Positions 29,701 through 42,297 of a DNA stretch of 64,000 nucleotides are shown in pieces. Within the stretch, counting starts at the first letter, position 1. Every line of letters starts with the position of its first letter. The stretch covers positions 1 to 64,000 of the forward strand of contig JAUCBJ010001100.1 in assembly GCA_032718475.1 (NCBI GenBank), read 5' to 3'. The translations under genes were made by a program, and so were the position numbers. A model generated the notes under the pieces. It was given only the letters and a program-made list of their open reading frames with translations. It was not told where the DNA came from and ran no database searches. Source of the stretch: Nemertoderma westbladi (lineage: Eukaryota > Animalia > Xenacoelomorpha).

Positions 29701-32700
29701 CACCATTCGCAGTATAACTGCTCCGCCATTCACTCACAGTATAACTGCTCCACCATTCACTCACAGTATAACTGCTCCGCCATTCACAGTATAACTGATC
29801 CACCATTCACAGTATAACTGCTCCGCCATTCGCTGTATAACTGCTCCGCCATTCACAGTATAACTGGTCCACCATTCATAGTATAACTGCTCCACCATTC
29901 GCAGTATAACTGTTCCACCATTCACTCACAGTATAACTGCTCCGCCATTCACAGTATAACTGCTCCACCACTCACAGTGTAACTGCTCCGCCATTCACAG
30001 TATAACTGCTCCACCATTCACAGTATAACTGCTCCACCATTCATAGTATAACTCATCCACCATTCACAGTATAACTGCTCCACCATTCACAGTATAACTG
30101 CTCCGCCATTCATAGTATAACTGCTCCACCATTCGCAGTATAACTGCTCCGCCATTCATAGTATAACTGATCCACCATTCACAGTATAACTGCTCCACCA
30201 TTCACAGTATAACTGCTCCGCCATTCGCTGTATAACTGCTCCGCCATTCGCAGTATAACTGCTCCACCATTCGCAGTATAACTGCTCCGCCATTCACATT
30301 ATAACTGCTCCACCATTCACTCACAACTGCTCCACCATTCACTCACAGTATAACTGGTCCACCATTCATAGTATAACTGCTCCACCATTCGCAGTATAAC
30401 TGTTCCACCATTCACTCACAGTATAACTGCTCCGCCATTCACAGTATAACTGCTCCACCACTCACAGTGTAACTGCTCCGCCATTCACAGTATAACTGCT
30501 CCACCATTCACAGTATAACTGCTCCGCCATTCACATTATAACTGCTCCACCATTCACTCACAACTGCTCCACCATTCACTCACAGTATAACTGCTCCACC
30601 ATTCATAGTATAACTGCTCCACCATTCGCAGTATAACTGTTCCACCATTCACTCACAGTATAACTGCTCCGCCATTCACAGTATAACTGCTCCACCACTC
30701 ACAGTATAACTGCTCCACCATTCATAGTATATCTCATCCACCATTCACAGTATAACTGCTCCACCATTCACTCACAACTGCTCCACCATTCACTCACAGT
30801 ATAACTGCTCCACCATTCATAGTATAACTGCTCCGCCATTCACAGTATAACTGCTCCACCATTCACTCACAGTATAACTGCTCCACCATTCACTCACAGT
30901 ATAACTGCTCCGCCATTCACAGTATAACTGCTCCACCACTCACAGTATAACTGCTCCGCCATTCACAGTATAACTGCTCCACCATTCACAGTATAACTGC
31001 TCCGCCATTCATAGTATAACTGCTCCGCCATTCACAGTATAACTGCTCCACCATTCACAGTATAACTGCTCCGCCATTCACTCACAGTATAACTGCTCCA
31101 CCATTCACTCACAGTATAACTGCTCCACCATTCACTCACAGTATAACTGCTCCGCCATTCACAGTATAACTGCTCCACCATTCACAGTATAACTGCTCCA
31201 CCATTCACAGTATAACTGCTCCATCATTCGCAGTATAACTGCTCCGCCATTCGCAGTATAACTGCTCCGCCATTCACAGTATAACTGCTCCGCCATTCAC
31301 AGTATAACTGCTCCACCATTCACAGTATAACTGCTCCGCCATTCATAGTATAACTGCTCCGCCATTCATAGTTTAACTGCTCCACCATTCGCAGTATAAC
31401 TGCTCCGCCATTCACAGTATAACTGCTCCGCCATTCACAGTATAACTGCTCCACCACTCACAGTATAACTGCTCCACCATTCATAGTATATCTCATCCAC
31501 CATTCACAGTATAACTGCTCCACCATTCACTCACAACTGCTCCACCATTCACTCACAGTATAACTGCTCCACCATTCACTCACAGTATAACTGCTCCGCC
31601 ATTCACAGTATAACTGCTCCACCATTCACTCACAGTATAACTGCTCCACCATTCATAGTATAACTGCTCCGCCATTCGCAGTATAACTGCTCCGCCATTC
31701 ACAGTATAACTGCTCCGCCATTCACAGTATAACTGCTCCACCATTCACAGTATAACTGCTCCGCCATTCACAGTATAACTGCTCCACCATTCATAGTATA
31801 ACTGCTCCACCATTCATAGTATATCTCATCCACCATTCACAGTATAACTGCTCCACCATTCACTCACAACTGCTCCACCATTCACTCACAGTATAACTGC
31901 TCCACCATTCACTCACAGTATAACTGCTCCGCCATTCACAGTATAACTGCTCCACCATTCACTCACAGTATAACTGCTCCACCATTCATAGTATAACTGC
32001 TCCGCCATTCGCAGTATAACTGCTCCGCCATTCACAGTATAACTGCTCCGCCATTCACAGTATAACTGCTCCACCATTCACAGTGTAACTGCTCCGCCAT
32101 TCATAGTATAACTGCTCCACCATTCATAGTATAACTGCTCCGCCATTCGCAGTATAACTGCTCCGCCATTCACAGTATAACTGCTCCGCCATTCACAGTA
32201 TAACTGCTCCACCATTCACAGTATAACTGCTCCGCCATTCATAGTATAACTGCTCCGCCATTCATAGTTTAACTGCTCCACCATTCACTCACAGTATAAC
32301 TGCTCCACCATTCACTCGCAGTATAACTGCTCCGCCATTCACAGTATAACTGCTCCGCCATTCACAGTATAACTGCTCCACCACTCACAGTATAACTGCT
32401 CCGCCATTCACAGTATAACTGCTCCACCATTCACAGTATAACTGCTCCACCACTCACAGTATAACTGCTCCACCATTCATAGTATATCTCATCCACCATT
32501 CACAGTATAACTGCTCCACCATTCACTCACAACTGCTCCACCATTCACTCACAGTATAACTGCTCCACCATTCACTCACAGTATAACTGCTCCGCCATTC
32601 ACAGTATAACTGCTCCACCATTCATTCACAGTATAACTGCTCCGCCATTCACAGTATAACTGCTCCACCATTCACTCACAGTATAACTGCTCCACCATTC

Positions 32701-35700
32701 ATAGTATAACTGCTCCACCATTCACAGTATAACTGCTCCGCCATTCACAGTATAACTGCTCCACCATTCATTCACAGTATAACTGCTCCGCCATTCACAG
32801 TATAACTGCTCCACCATTCACTCACAGTATAACTGCTCCACCATTCGCAGTATAACTGTTCCACCATTCACTCACAGTATAACTGCTCCGCCATTCACAG
32901 TATAACTGCTCCACCACTCACAGTATAACTGCTCCGCCATTCACAGTATAACTGCTCCACCATTCACAGTATAACTGCTCCACCACTCACAGTATAACTG
33001 CTCCGCCATTCACAGTATAACTGCTCCGCCATTCACAGTATAACTGCTCCACCACTCACAGTATAACTGCTCCACCATTCATAGTATATCTCATCCACCA
33101 TTCACAGTATAACTGCTCCACCATTCACTCACAACTGCTCCACCATTCACTCACAGTATAACTGCTCCACCATTCATAGTATAACTGCTCCACCATTCGC
33201 AGTATAACTGTTCCACCATTCACTCACAGTATAACTGCTCCGCCATTCACAGTATAACTGCTCCACCACTCACAGTATAACTGCTCCGCCATTCACAGTA
33301 TAACTGCTCCACCATTCACTCACAGTATAACTGCTCCACCATTCACTCACAGTATAACTGCTCCGCCATTCATAGTATAACTGCTCCACCATTCATAGTA
33401 TAACTGCTCCGCCATTCATAGTTTAACTGCTCCACCATTCGCAGTATAACTGCTCCGCCATTCGCAGTATAACTGCTCCACCATTCACTCACAGTATAAC
33501 TGCTCCACCATTCGCAGTATAACTGCTCAACCATTCACTCACAGTATAACTGCTCCACCATTCACTCACAGTATAACTGCTCCACCATTCACTCACAGTA
33601 TAACTGCTCCACCATTCACAATATAACTGCTCCACCATTCACTCGCAGTATAACTGCTTCACCATTCGCAGTATAACTGCTCCACCATTCACTCACAGTA
33701 TAACTGCTCCACCATTCACTCACAGTATAACTGCTCCACCATTCACAATATAACTGCTCCACCATTCACTCGCAGTATAACTGCTCCACCATTCATAGTA
33801 TAACTGATCCACCATTCACTCACAGTATAACTGCTTCACCTTTCACTCACAGTATAACTGCTCCACCATTCGCTGTATAACTGCTCCACCATTCATAGTA
33901 TATCTCATCCACCATTCACAGTATAACTGCTCCGCCATTCGCAGTATAACTGCTCCACCATTCGCAGTATAACTGCTCCACCATTCACTCACAGTATAAC
34001 TGCTCCACCATTCACTCACAGTATAACTGCTCCACCATTCACTCACAACTGCTCCACCATTCACTCACAGTATAACTGCTCCACCATTCACTCACAGTAT
34101 AACTGCTCCACCATTCATTCACAGTATAACTGCTCCGCCATTCACAGTATAACTGTTCCACCATTCACTCACAGTATAACTGCTCCACCATTCACTCACA
34201 GTATAACTGCTCCGCCATTCACTCACAGTATAACTGCTCCGCCATTCGCAGTATAACTGCTCCGCCATTCGCAGTATAACTGCTCCGCCATTCACTCACA
34301 GTATAACTGCTCCATCATTCGCAGTATAACTGCTCCACCATTCACTCACAGTATAACTGCTCCGCCATTCACAGTATAACTGCTCCACCATTCACTCACA
34401 GTATAACTGCTCCACCATTCACTCACAGTATAACTGCTCCACCATTCACAGTATAACTGCTCCACCACTCACAGTATAACTGCTCCGCCATTCACTCACA
34501 GTATAACTGCTCCGCCATTCGCAGTATAACTGCTCCACCATTCATAGTATAACTGATCCACCATTCACTCACAGTATAACTGCTCCACCATTCACTCACA
34601 ACTGCTCCACCATTCACTCACAGTATAACTGCTCCACCATTCACTCACAGTATAACTGCTCCACCATTCATTCACAGTATAACTGCTCCGCCATTCACAG
34701 TATAACTGTTCCACCATTCACTCACAGTATAACTGCTCCACCATTCACTCACAGTATAACTGCTCCGCCATTCACTCACAGTATAACTGCTCCGCCATTC
34801 GCAGTATAACTGCTCCGCCATTCGCAGTATAACTGCTCCGCCATTCGCAGTATAACTGCTCCGCCATTCGCAGTATAACTGCTCCACCATTCACTCACAG
34901 TATAACTGCTCCGCCATTCACTCACAGTATAACTGCTCCGCCATTCACAGTATAACTGCTCCGCCATTCACAGTATAACTGTTCCACCATTCACTCGCAG
35001 TATAACTGCTCCACCATTCACTCACAGTATAACTGCTCCGCCATTCACTCACAGTATAACTGCTCCGCCATTCGCAGTATAACTGATCCACCATTCACTC
35101 ACAGTATAACTGCTCCACCATTCACTCACAACTGCTCCACCATTCACTCACAGTATAACTGCTCCACCATTCACTCACAGTATAACTGCTCCGCCATTCA
35201 CAGTATAACTGTTCCACCATTCACTCGCAGTATAACTGCTCCACCATTCACTCACAGTATAACTGCTCCGCCATTCACTCACAGTATAACTGCTCCGCCA
35301 TTCGCAGTATAACTGCTCCACCATTCATAGTATAACTGATCCACCATTCACTCACAGTATAACTGCTCCACCATTCACTCACAACTGCTCCACCATTCAC
35401 TCACAGTATAACTGCTCCACCATTCACTCACAGTATAACTGCTCCACCATTCATTCACAGTATAACTGCTCCGCCATTCACAGTATAACTGTTCCACCAT
35501 TCACTCACAGTATAACTGCTCCACCATTCACTCACAGTATAACTGCTCCGCCATTCACTCACAGTATAACTGCTCCATCATTCGCAGTATAACTGCTCCA
35601 CCATTCACTCACAGTATAACTGCTCCGCCATTCACAGTATAACTGCTCCACCATTCACTCACAGTATAACTGCTCCACCATTCACTCACAGTATAACTGC

Positions 35701-37349
35701 TCCACCATTCACAGTATAACTGCTCCACCACTCACAGTATAACTGCTCCGCCATTCACTCACAGTATAACTGCTCCGCCATTCGCAGTATAACTGCTCCG
35801 CCATTCACAGTATAACTGCTCCGCCATTCGCAGTATAACTGCTCCGCCATTCACTCACAGTATAACTGCTCCGCCATTCACAGTATAACTGCTCCACCAT
35901 TCACTCACAGTATAACTGCTCCACCATTCACTCACAGTATAACTGCTCCACCATTCACTCACAGTATAACTGCTTCGCCATTCACAGTATAACTGCTCCA
36001 CCATTCTCTCACAGTATAACTGCTCCACCATTCACAGTATAACTGCTCCACCATTCACAGTATAACTGCTCCACCATTCACAGTATAACTGCTCCGCCAT
36101 TCACAGTATAACTGCTCCACCATTCACAGTATAACTGCTCCGCCATTCACAGTATAACTGCTCCACCATTCACAGTATAACTGCTCCGCCATTCACAGTA
36201 TAACTGCTCCACCATTCGCAGTATAACTGCTCCGCCATTCATAGTATAACTGCTCCACCATTCATAGTATAACTGCTCCGCCATTCATAGTATAACTGCT
36301 CCACCATTCACTCACAGTATAACTGCTCCACCATTCACTCACAGTATAACTGCTCCACCATTCACTCACAGTATAACTGCTCCACCATTCGCAGTATAAC
36401 TGCTCCGCCATTCATAGTATAACTGATCCACCATTCATAGTATAACTGCTCCACCATTCACTCACAGTATAACTGCTCCACCATTCACTCACAGTATAAC
36501 TGCTCCGCCATTCGCAGTATAACTGCTCCGCCATTCACTCGCAGTATAACTGCTCCACCATTCACAGTATAACTGCTCCACCATTCATAGTATAACTGCT
36601 CCACCATTCACTCACAGTATAACTGCTCCACCATTCATAGTATAACTGCTCCGCCATTCGCAGTATAACTGCTCCACCATTCACTCACAGTATAACTGCT
36701 CCACCATTTACTCACAGTATAACTGCTCCGCCATTCACTCACAGTATAACTGCTCCACCATTCACTCACAGTATAACTGCTCCACCATTCACAGTATAAC
36801 TGCTCCACCATTCACAGTATAACTGCTCCACCATTCACTCGCAGTATAACCGCTCCACCATTCACTCACAGTATAACTGCTCCACCATTCATAGTATAAC
36901 TGATCCACCATTCATAGTATAACTGCTCCGCCATTCACTCACAGTATAACTGATCCGCCATTCATAGTATAACTGCTCCGCCATTCACAGTATAACAACT
37001 TTTATTATATCTCTATTCTCTATTAATTTTTATATTTTTATATTTTATATTTTATTTAAGTATATATATATATATTTTATATAATTTTTAATAAAACCAA
37101 ATATCGAATATATTTATATATATTATAATGTTAATGTTAATGTTAAAGAAAACGGTAATATAATAATTTAAACTGATTTATTCTGGAAAAATTCAACAAA
37201 CGAACTGAATAATTTCAATGATGTTGTTCAATCATTTAAACAAATGTTCACCTGTGGGTAGCCGGATGTCGGTAAACTCAAGAGTAACAAACTGTAACCA
37301 ATCAGTATCCATTCTAAGTTGATAGCATTCTAATGTATATCTTGGTGTT

Positions 37350-37570
37350 CTGGTTGCTTTGAATTCGCATCTCTCGGAGGACGTGGGTTCGATTCCCGCA
37401 CTTTTCGTTTTGGCACGAATGCTTTAAAGGCACTATCCACCGTGTCCACAGAGTTTCCTCTGGGGGGGTAAAGTTCTGGGGGGACCGCACTGGAAATAAG
37501 TCGTCAGTTTTTGTGCGTAATCCCTGGCTTAACGGCCGAAGAAATCTTTACTTTTTTACTTTTTATTTAC
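37350..37570 (+). mobile_element. tRNA-derived SINE (tRNA-Leu-like 3' half, CR1/L2-type tail), 5' truncated or decayed
   Basis: TCTCTCGGAGGACGTGGGTTCGATTCCC resembles the variable arm plus B box of tRNA-Leu; downstream GGACCGCACTGGAAATAAG...TTTTTGTGCG..ATCC stem-loop-type tail followed by (CTTTA/CTTTTTTA) simple repeats; no clear A box. Confidence 0.6.
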
Positions 37571-37706
37571 CCTTAGATTATTTTAATGTTTAATCACTAT
37601 GATATTGGCATTATTTAAAACTTATTTATTTAAAGTCCACTATTTGAACAAGAGAATCCTAGGATTTCCTGAACCATGGACGGAGCCGAGCTCTGTTGCA
37701 TCCCTA

Positions 37707-37975
37707 ACTGTACAATGATGACAACATGAAATTGAGATATTAAGTTGGGGGTTTTAATTAGAATTGGTTGGAATTAATTATATTAGCAAAATTATTGAAT
37801 TTGAAGTACCTTCTTTCTTTGTATTTTAGTTGGCTAGTGTTAGCTTGCAACCCTACCGTTGCTATGCAGCTTACTATTAACCAATTCTAATTAATTATCT
37901 GCGACTGTCAATGAACTTGATTATGAGATCTGAGTACAGTTACCTGTTCGTAGCTACAGAATCTACTTTCCTTCT
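37707..37975 (+). repeat. Local repeat copy 1 (~270 bp; also at 38704 and 42298) containing a 16-bp inverted repeat
   Basis: ACTGTACAATGATGACAA...GAGATCTGAGTACAGTT present three times; TTAATTAGAATTGGTT (37754-37769) and AACCAATTCTAATTAA (37879-37894). Confidence 0.9.
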
Positions 37976-38703
37976 AACATAACATTTTTACATCAAATAG
38001 TGTTTTCTGATAATGTTTCGCCAAATAATGTTTTCGCCCACCCCATATTGCCCAACTGCTACTTTGCAGCAGTTTCAGACATTTGCAGGGATAATCATCC
38101 GCAGTTGTTCAGACCCAGACACAAGCCGACCCAGATCACGTCTGCGAGTGCACTGTACTTGAGCAGCCAGTAGAGTAGTGGATAGTTATTGACTGATCGC
38201 TATATCTGGCCGACAGTGTCCGACTTGCTATTAATTGTTGATGGGATTGCTGGGTAGAGTTAGAGTTGGGCAATAAGTTGCCATCCCATGATGATTGTAG
38301 AACACCCCATTGCCTATACGGGCATATGGCAACATTGTGCACCCTTTGTAACATTCCGGTATATAGATCGTGTGTCCTCACAGTAACAACCCAGCCACAC
38401 CCCCACCCACACAATGCAACTGATCAGCATATCCATCAGTTATTTTTTCAAATAACATTGGCGTAGCCGTAGCTTCATGAAACACATGTTACTCAATAAT
38501 TTATGTGGGAATGCCATACTGTCGATAAAATGAAATTCATTGTAGGAAACTATCGCTTTATATAAAATAGCCGACAATAGAAACACCAAACCCCCAAAGA
38601 TGTTTTTACGTTGAATAATCCCCATCTGTCATTGTTTTCTTATTGGTAACTTTTGTAAATAATAAATAAAACAAACTGTGACCCTGACTACACGGTCCGT
38701 ATG

Positions 38704-39930
38704 TTGACTGTACAATGATGACAAATTTAAATTGAGATATTAAGTTCGGGGTTTTAATTAGAATTGGTTGGAATTTATTATAGTACCAAAAATAATGAAT
38801 TTGAAGTACCTTCTTTCTTTGTGTTTTCGTTGGGTAGTGTTAGCTTGCAACCCTACCGTTGCTATGCAACTTACTATTAACCAATTCTAATTAATTATCT
38901 GCGACTGTCAATGAACTTGATTATGAGATCTGAGTACAGTTCGTAGTTACAGCAACAAACTACTTTCCCTTGTTAAATTTGACATCTGATACCTCGTGTC
39001 GTATTTGCTCAGTTGTAATAACGCTGCATCTGTAAGAGTAAGGTATAGAGTTCGATCCCATCCACAGTCCTTGGTATTTTTGTACATCCCAAAGTATAAA
39101 AATAATATTATATTTCACACTGGTGAACAGATGATGATACCAATACATACTATATATTAGCTTGGTTTGCAAGCTTTGAATATACTTTACATGCACTACC
39201 ATCTGATGTTCACTTATTGCATTTTTTATTACTGATAGTCAATGTTGCGGACATTATTTAGCTTACTCATATATTCCCACTTCTTTAAAGAACAAGTCAA
39301 AACCATATCCAAACTAAACAATGGACTGAAATCCCAGTATTCATTAATATTCAAGAAACAACTGGACGCGGGCTCTACACAACTGTATAAATAAATATTA
39401 CTATTACTCTATAAATATTAACTCAACATCAATTTGCAATATTTATTGTTAACTATTATTGGTATTGGCATTGCATTGTTAATATAACGATAATGATTAT
39501 TTTATTGAGAAATGACAATATAATTATAATATCTAATGATAAAAATATTCAAGAAACATAGTACAGTAGGTACATACATTTAGCAAACGAATGGGACCCC
39601 CCCCCCCCCCCCCCACCACTAGCAACGGAATAATATCAAATACGAAAATGTCCACCTATAGTGAATTTCTCTATTAGAATACGAAATGTCGCCCGGTGGG
39701 AGTAAATTTTGAAAAGTGTTTTGTAATCCGTTTTTAATAGGAAAATTAAATTAAATATGCCAATTGTAAGGAATTATAATAATTTATAAAAATCATTAAT
39801 ATATTCTGAGCAGAATAATTCCAAAATCACAGATGTGTGGACAAATATTAGCCGGCTAATCTTTTTACAATGCTGTGTAATAATGGAGTGTGTGTGTAGG
39901 GGTGTTTTTGCTTGTATATATTTCTATATA
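38704..39930 (+). repeat. Segmental duplication, paralogue of 42298-43330
   Basis: Colinear homology including near-identical first ~550 bp, poly-C tract, ATACGAAAATGT and GGTGGGAGTAAATTTTGAAAAGTGT; right border approximate. Confidence 0.88.
38998..39070 (+). mobile_element. Possible tRNA-derived SINE head / Pol III A-B box remnant (second copy 42598-42670)
   Basis: TTGCTCAGTTGT (A-box-like) followed ~35 bp later by GAGTTCGATCCC (B-box-like); cloverleaf not intact. Confidence 0.4.
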
Positions 39931-40149
39931 ACACAAATCTATTTCATTTTAATAGTAAAGGTTAATACTAAGGCTATAATAATCCGTATATTCATTGTCT
40001 GATAAGTTTCTTTCTTCACAATATTAAACGTTTCAACGCAATCTCTGGCGCCATCATCAATACGAAAAAAGATAAGCTACAACCAAATACAATTTAAAAT
40101 ATAACAAAATTATATATACTTAATGCAGTACAGTACAGTTACGGTACAC

Positions 40150-40668
40150 GTGGGGCGTCGCGCAGCACGCGAACTTGAGCAAGTTCGAAACAAGTTCGAT
40201 TTGATCTGGAGTCAAAAGTTCGAGAGGTATTTGCCCGTAACTTTCAAAAATATTGGAACTTTTTCTCTAGTATGCCCATACAAAATTTGGTTGAAAATGG
40301 TTAAAATCTTCAAAAGTTATTTACGAATGAATTTTTCATTACAGACGGACAGACAGACAGACGACAGACAGACAGACGGACATGAAATTTTGCCCTATTT
40401 ACTAATTATAATTGTGCGCTAAGGCTCGCCCTGACTGCGTGGCTCGCCCTGACTGCGTGGCTCGCCCTGACTGCGTGGCTCTCCCTGACTGCGTGGCTCG
40501 CCCTGACTGCGTGGCTCGCCCTGACTGCGTGGCTCGCCCTGACTGCGTGGCTCGCCTTGACTGCGTGGCTCGCCTTGACTGCGTGGCTCGCCCTGACTGC
40601 GTGGCTCGCCCTGACTGCGTGGCTCGACCTGACTGCGTGGCTCGCCCTGACTGCGTGGCTCGCCCCAC
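40150..40668. mobile_element. Non-autonomous element, Helentron/HINE (DINE-1)-like
   Basis: Inverted ends GTGGGGCG (40150) and CGCCCCAC (40661-40668), internal palindrome GAACTTGAGCAAGTTC, (GACA)n microsatellite ~40341-40381, terminal tandem array; family assignment is inference. Confidence 0.5.
40423..40665. repeat. 18-bp minisatellite (GGCTCGCCCTGACTGCGT) x13.5
   Basis: Counted directly; a few single-base variants; explains ARPDCV/RATQSG/GEPRSQ ORFs. Confidence 0.97.
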
Positions 40669-41194
40669 ATACAAGTTTCACTCAAATTTGAATTTCCCTC
40701 TCACTCTATTACCAAAAAAAGAGGACGTAAAAATAGCCAATAGGCACATACGGTACTAAAATAAATCCAATTCTATTTAACTCTTTTGCGTATATTTAAT
40801 GTTTGTTTAATTTTTTTAATTAGTAGAGTTTCTTTCACGCAGTAATCAAAATCGGTCTTCCCATTGCACAAAACTTCAAAATTGCTTAAAATTATGACCG
40901 TAGTCCAGGTAGTAATTGAAGATAGAAGAGTGCGGGGAGGTGAATATTTACCAGAACTGTGTAGGAAACACCGGAATGCTCACCCACACGTGCGAACGGG
41001 TAGGTGGCGAATTGTTTTGCCGATATAAGTTGCATTACAGCTACTACAGGTATATTTGTAAACCAAACTAGAACGCATGTGTTGTGGGAGCAAATCCTTG
41101 TATTTGAAGAACGATACCAATCTCAATGATGGTTTAAATATAACACTTAAATTTAGATACGGAAATGCGAGTTTGAATACTTTAGTTAGGCGAT

Positions 41195-42285
41195 GTTACG
41201 TTGGAACCAAAATTGGTTCTGTTAAGGTCCTTGGACCATGGAGCCTATTTTGGCGCTGAGAAAGATAATATAAGAGTTATCAACAAAGAAAGACAGACGT
41301 CCGGATCTTATCTTTGTTGACTTCTTTAAAGCCTTCGAAGCCTTCTGAAGCTCACTCTCCCAACCACGTATGTTCGTTCAGCATACTGGCAGCATATGGG
41401 ATTCCTGAGGAAATTATTGCAGCTATCAGTACTGTACGAGGGTTTCACCACATTTGTTTCTACTGCTGATGGGGAAGTCTTATGGGGAGTCCTTCAGGGT
41501 GACACACTTACACCATTCTTATAGGGAGTCTTAAGGGGTGATGGTAACACCCCCTACTGGCACAAGAAGTAGAGGAAATCCAAAACTGACAGATTCACTA
41601 TGAGCCCAATGGCTCCTCTGCTCATTAGAGCAGGTTGCTTCTAGTGTTGGTCTTTTTGTTAACTCCAAGGAGACCAAAATTATGACCGTGAACTTTGACA
41701 GCCCTCAACCCTCAATAAATGTCTGATCGTAAGTGAATAATCTCCAGCGATGGCTTGCTTGAGCACGTGCATGTCTTATGCTATTTGGGATCATGGATCC
41801 GGAAGTCAGGTGATGATGACCTTCGGATTCGTAACGGAAAGGTTCGATTATTTATGGCAGTAGTAGTAACAGTACTCTTATAGGGGAGTTCATGCTGGGC
41901 TCTAACTGCAGAGGATACCAAATCTCTGGATGGCACTTTCACAAGAATGCTGCGCCGGGTTCATTATGTCAAGTACAATAAACACATCTCCAACCAGACA
42001 CTATACAACATTGGAGGTGTTTCTTTAGTCTCCCCTAGCTTGGCAATTGAACGGAAGCGCCTCCGCTTTGCAGGACATTGCTTTCGCATTGAGGACCAGT
42101 CTGTGCATAATCTTGTGCTTTGACTGCCTCGTGAAAAAAAAGGAAACTGACCTTGAAGATGCGGATGATCTAGCAAGTGTCATTGATGATGACGGTGCAA
42201 TTTTGTCGACAAGCCGGCACAGCATTCTTACATATGTAATATATAATGGAGCTGCAATGCAGCATGCGGATAGTAGTACTAGTAA
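41195..42285 (+). pseudogene. Heavily decayed RTE-clade LINE reverse transcriptase 3' fragment
   Basis: Remnant motifs LRxNQN.F, TME.ILALRKII, FVDFFKAF, LQGDTL.PFL, YLGSWI, LDGTFTRMLRR, RLRFAGHCFR with stops, frameshifts and deletions; TAGTAGTACTAGT tail; homologous to 51436-52645. Confidence 0.88.
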
Positions 42286-42297
42286 CATACATGAATC

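Larger units (their letters stand above)
1800..36996. repeat. 35-kb tandem satellite of 23-bp (CAGTATAACTGCTCCACCATTCA) and 27-bp (+CTCA) monomers with point variants
   Basis: Uninterrupted head-to-tail repeat from 1800 to TATAAC at 36996; variable linker (CA/CG/CACTCA/CACTCG/CATTCA) and core (CCACC/CCGCC); roughly 1,400 monomers by length; sharp borders with AT-rich unique DNA. Confidence 0.98.

Noticed and set aside
1870-34967. Dozens of minus-strand ORFs encoding WWSSYTVSE / MVEQLYCE / NGGAVIL repeats
   Set aside because: They are translations of the 23/27-bp satellite; 23-bp units shift frame constantly and there is no coding signature
1800-36996. CRISPR-like array (constant repeat with variable linkers)
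   Set aside because: Linkers are only 2-6 bp from a tiny recurring set, there are no unique spacers or cas genes, and the context is eukaryotic
37350-37400. Functional tRNA-Leu gene
   Set aside because: Only the variable arm and T-arm are recognisable; no A box/D-arm or acceptor stem pairing; followed by a SINE-like tail
38070-38470. Cys-rich exon or small secreted peptide
   Set aside because: All frames are short or interrupted and no consistent splice-site pair linking to the 43.4-kb exons was found
40402-40759. ORFs with ARPDCV, RATQSG, ASHAVR, GEPRSQ repeats
   Set aside because: An 18-bp unit is a multiple of three so several frames stay open by chance
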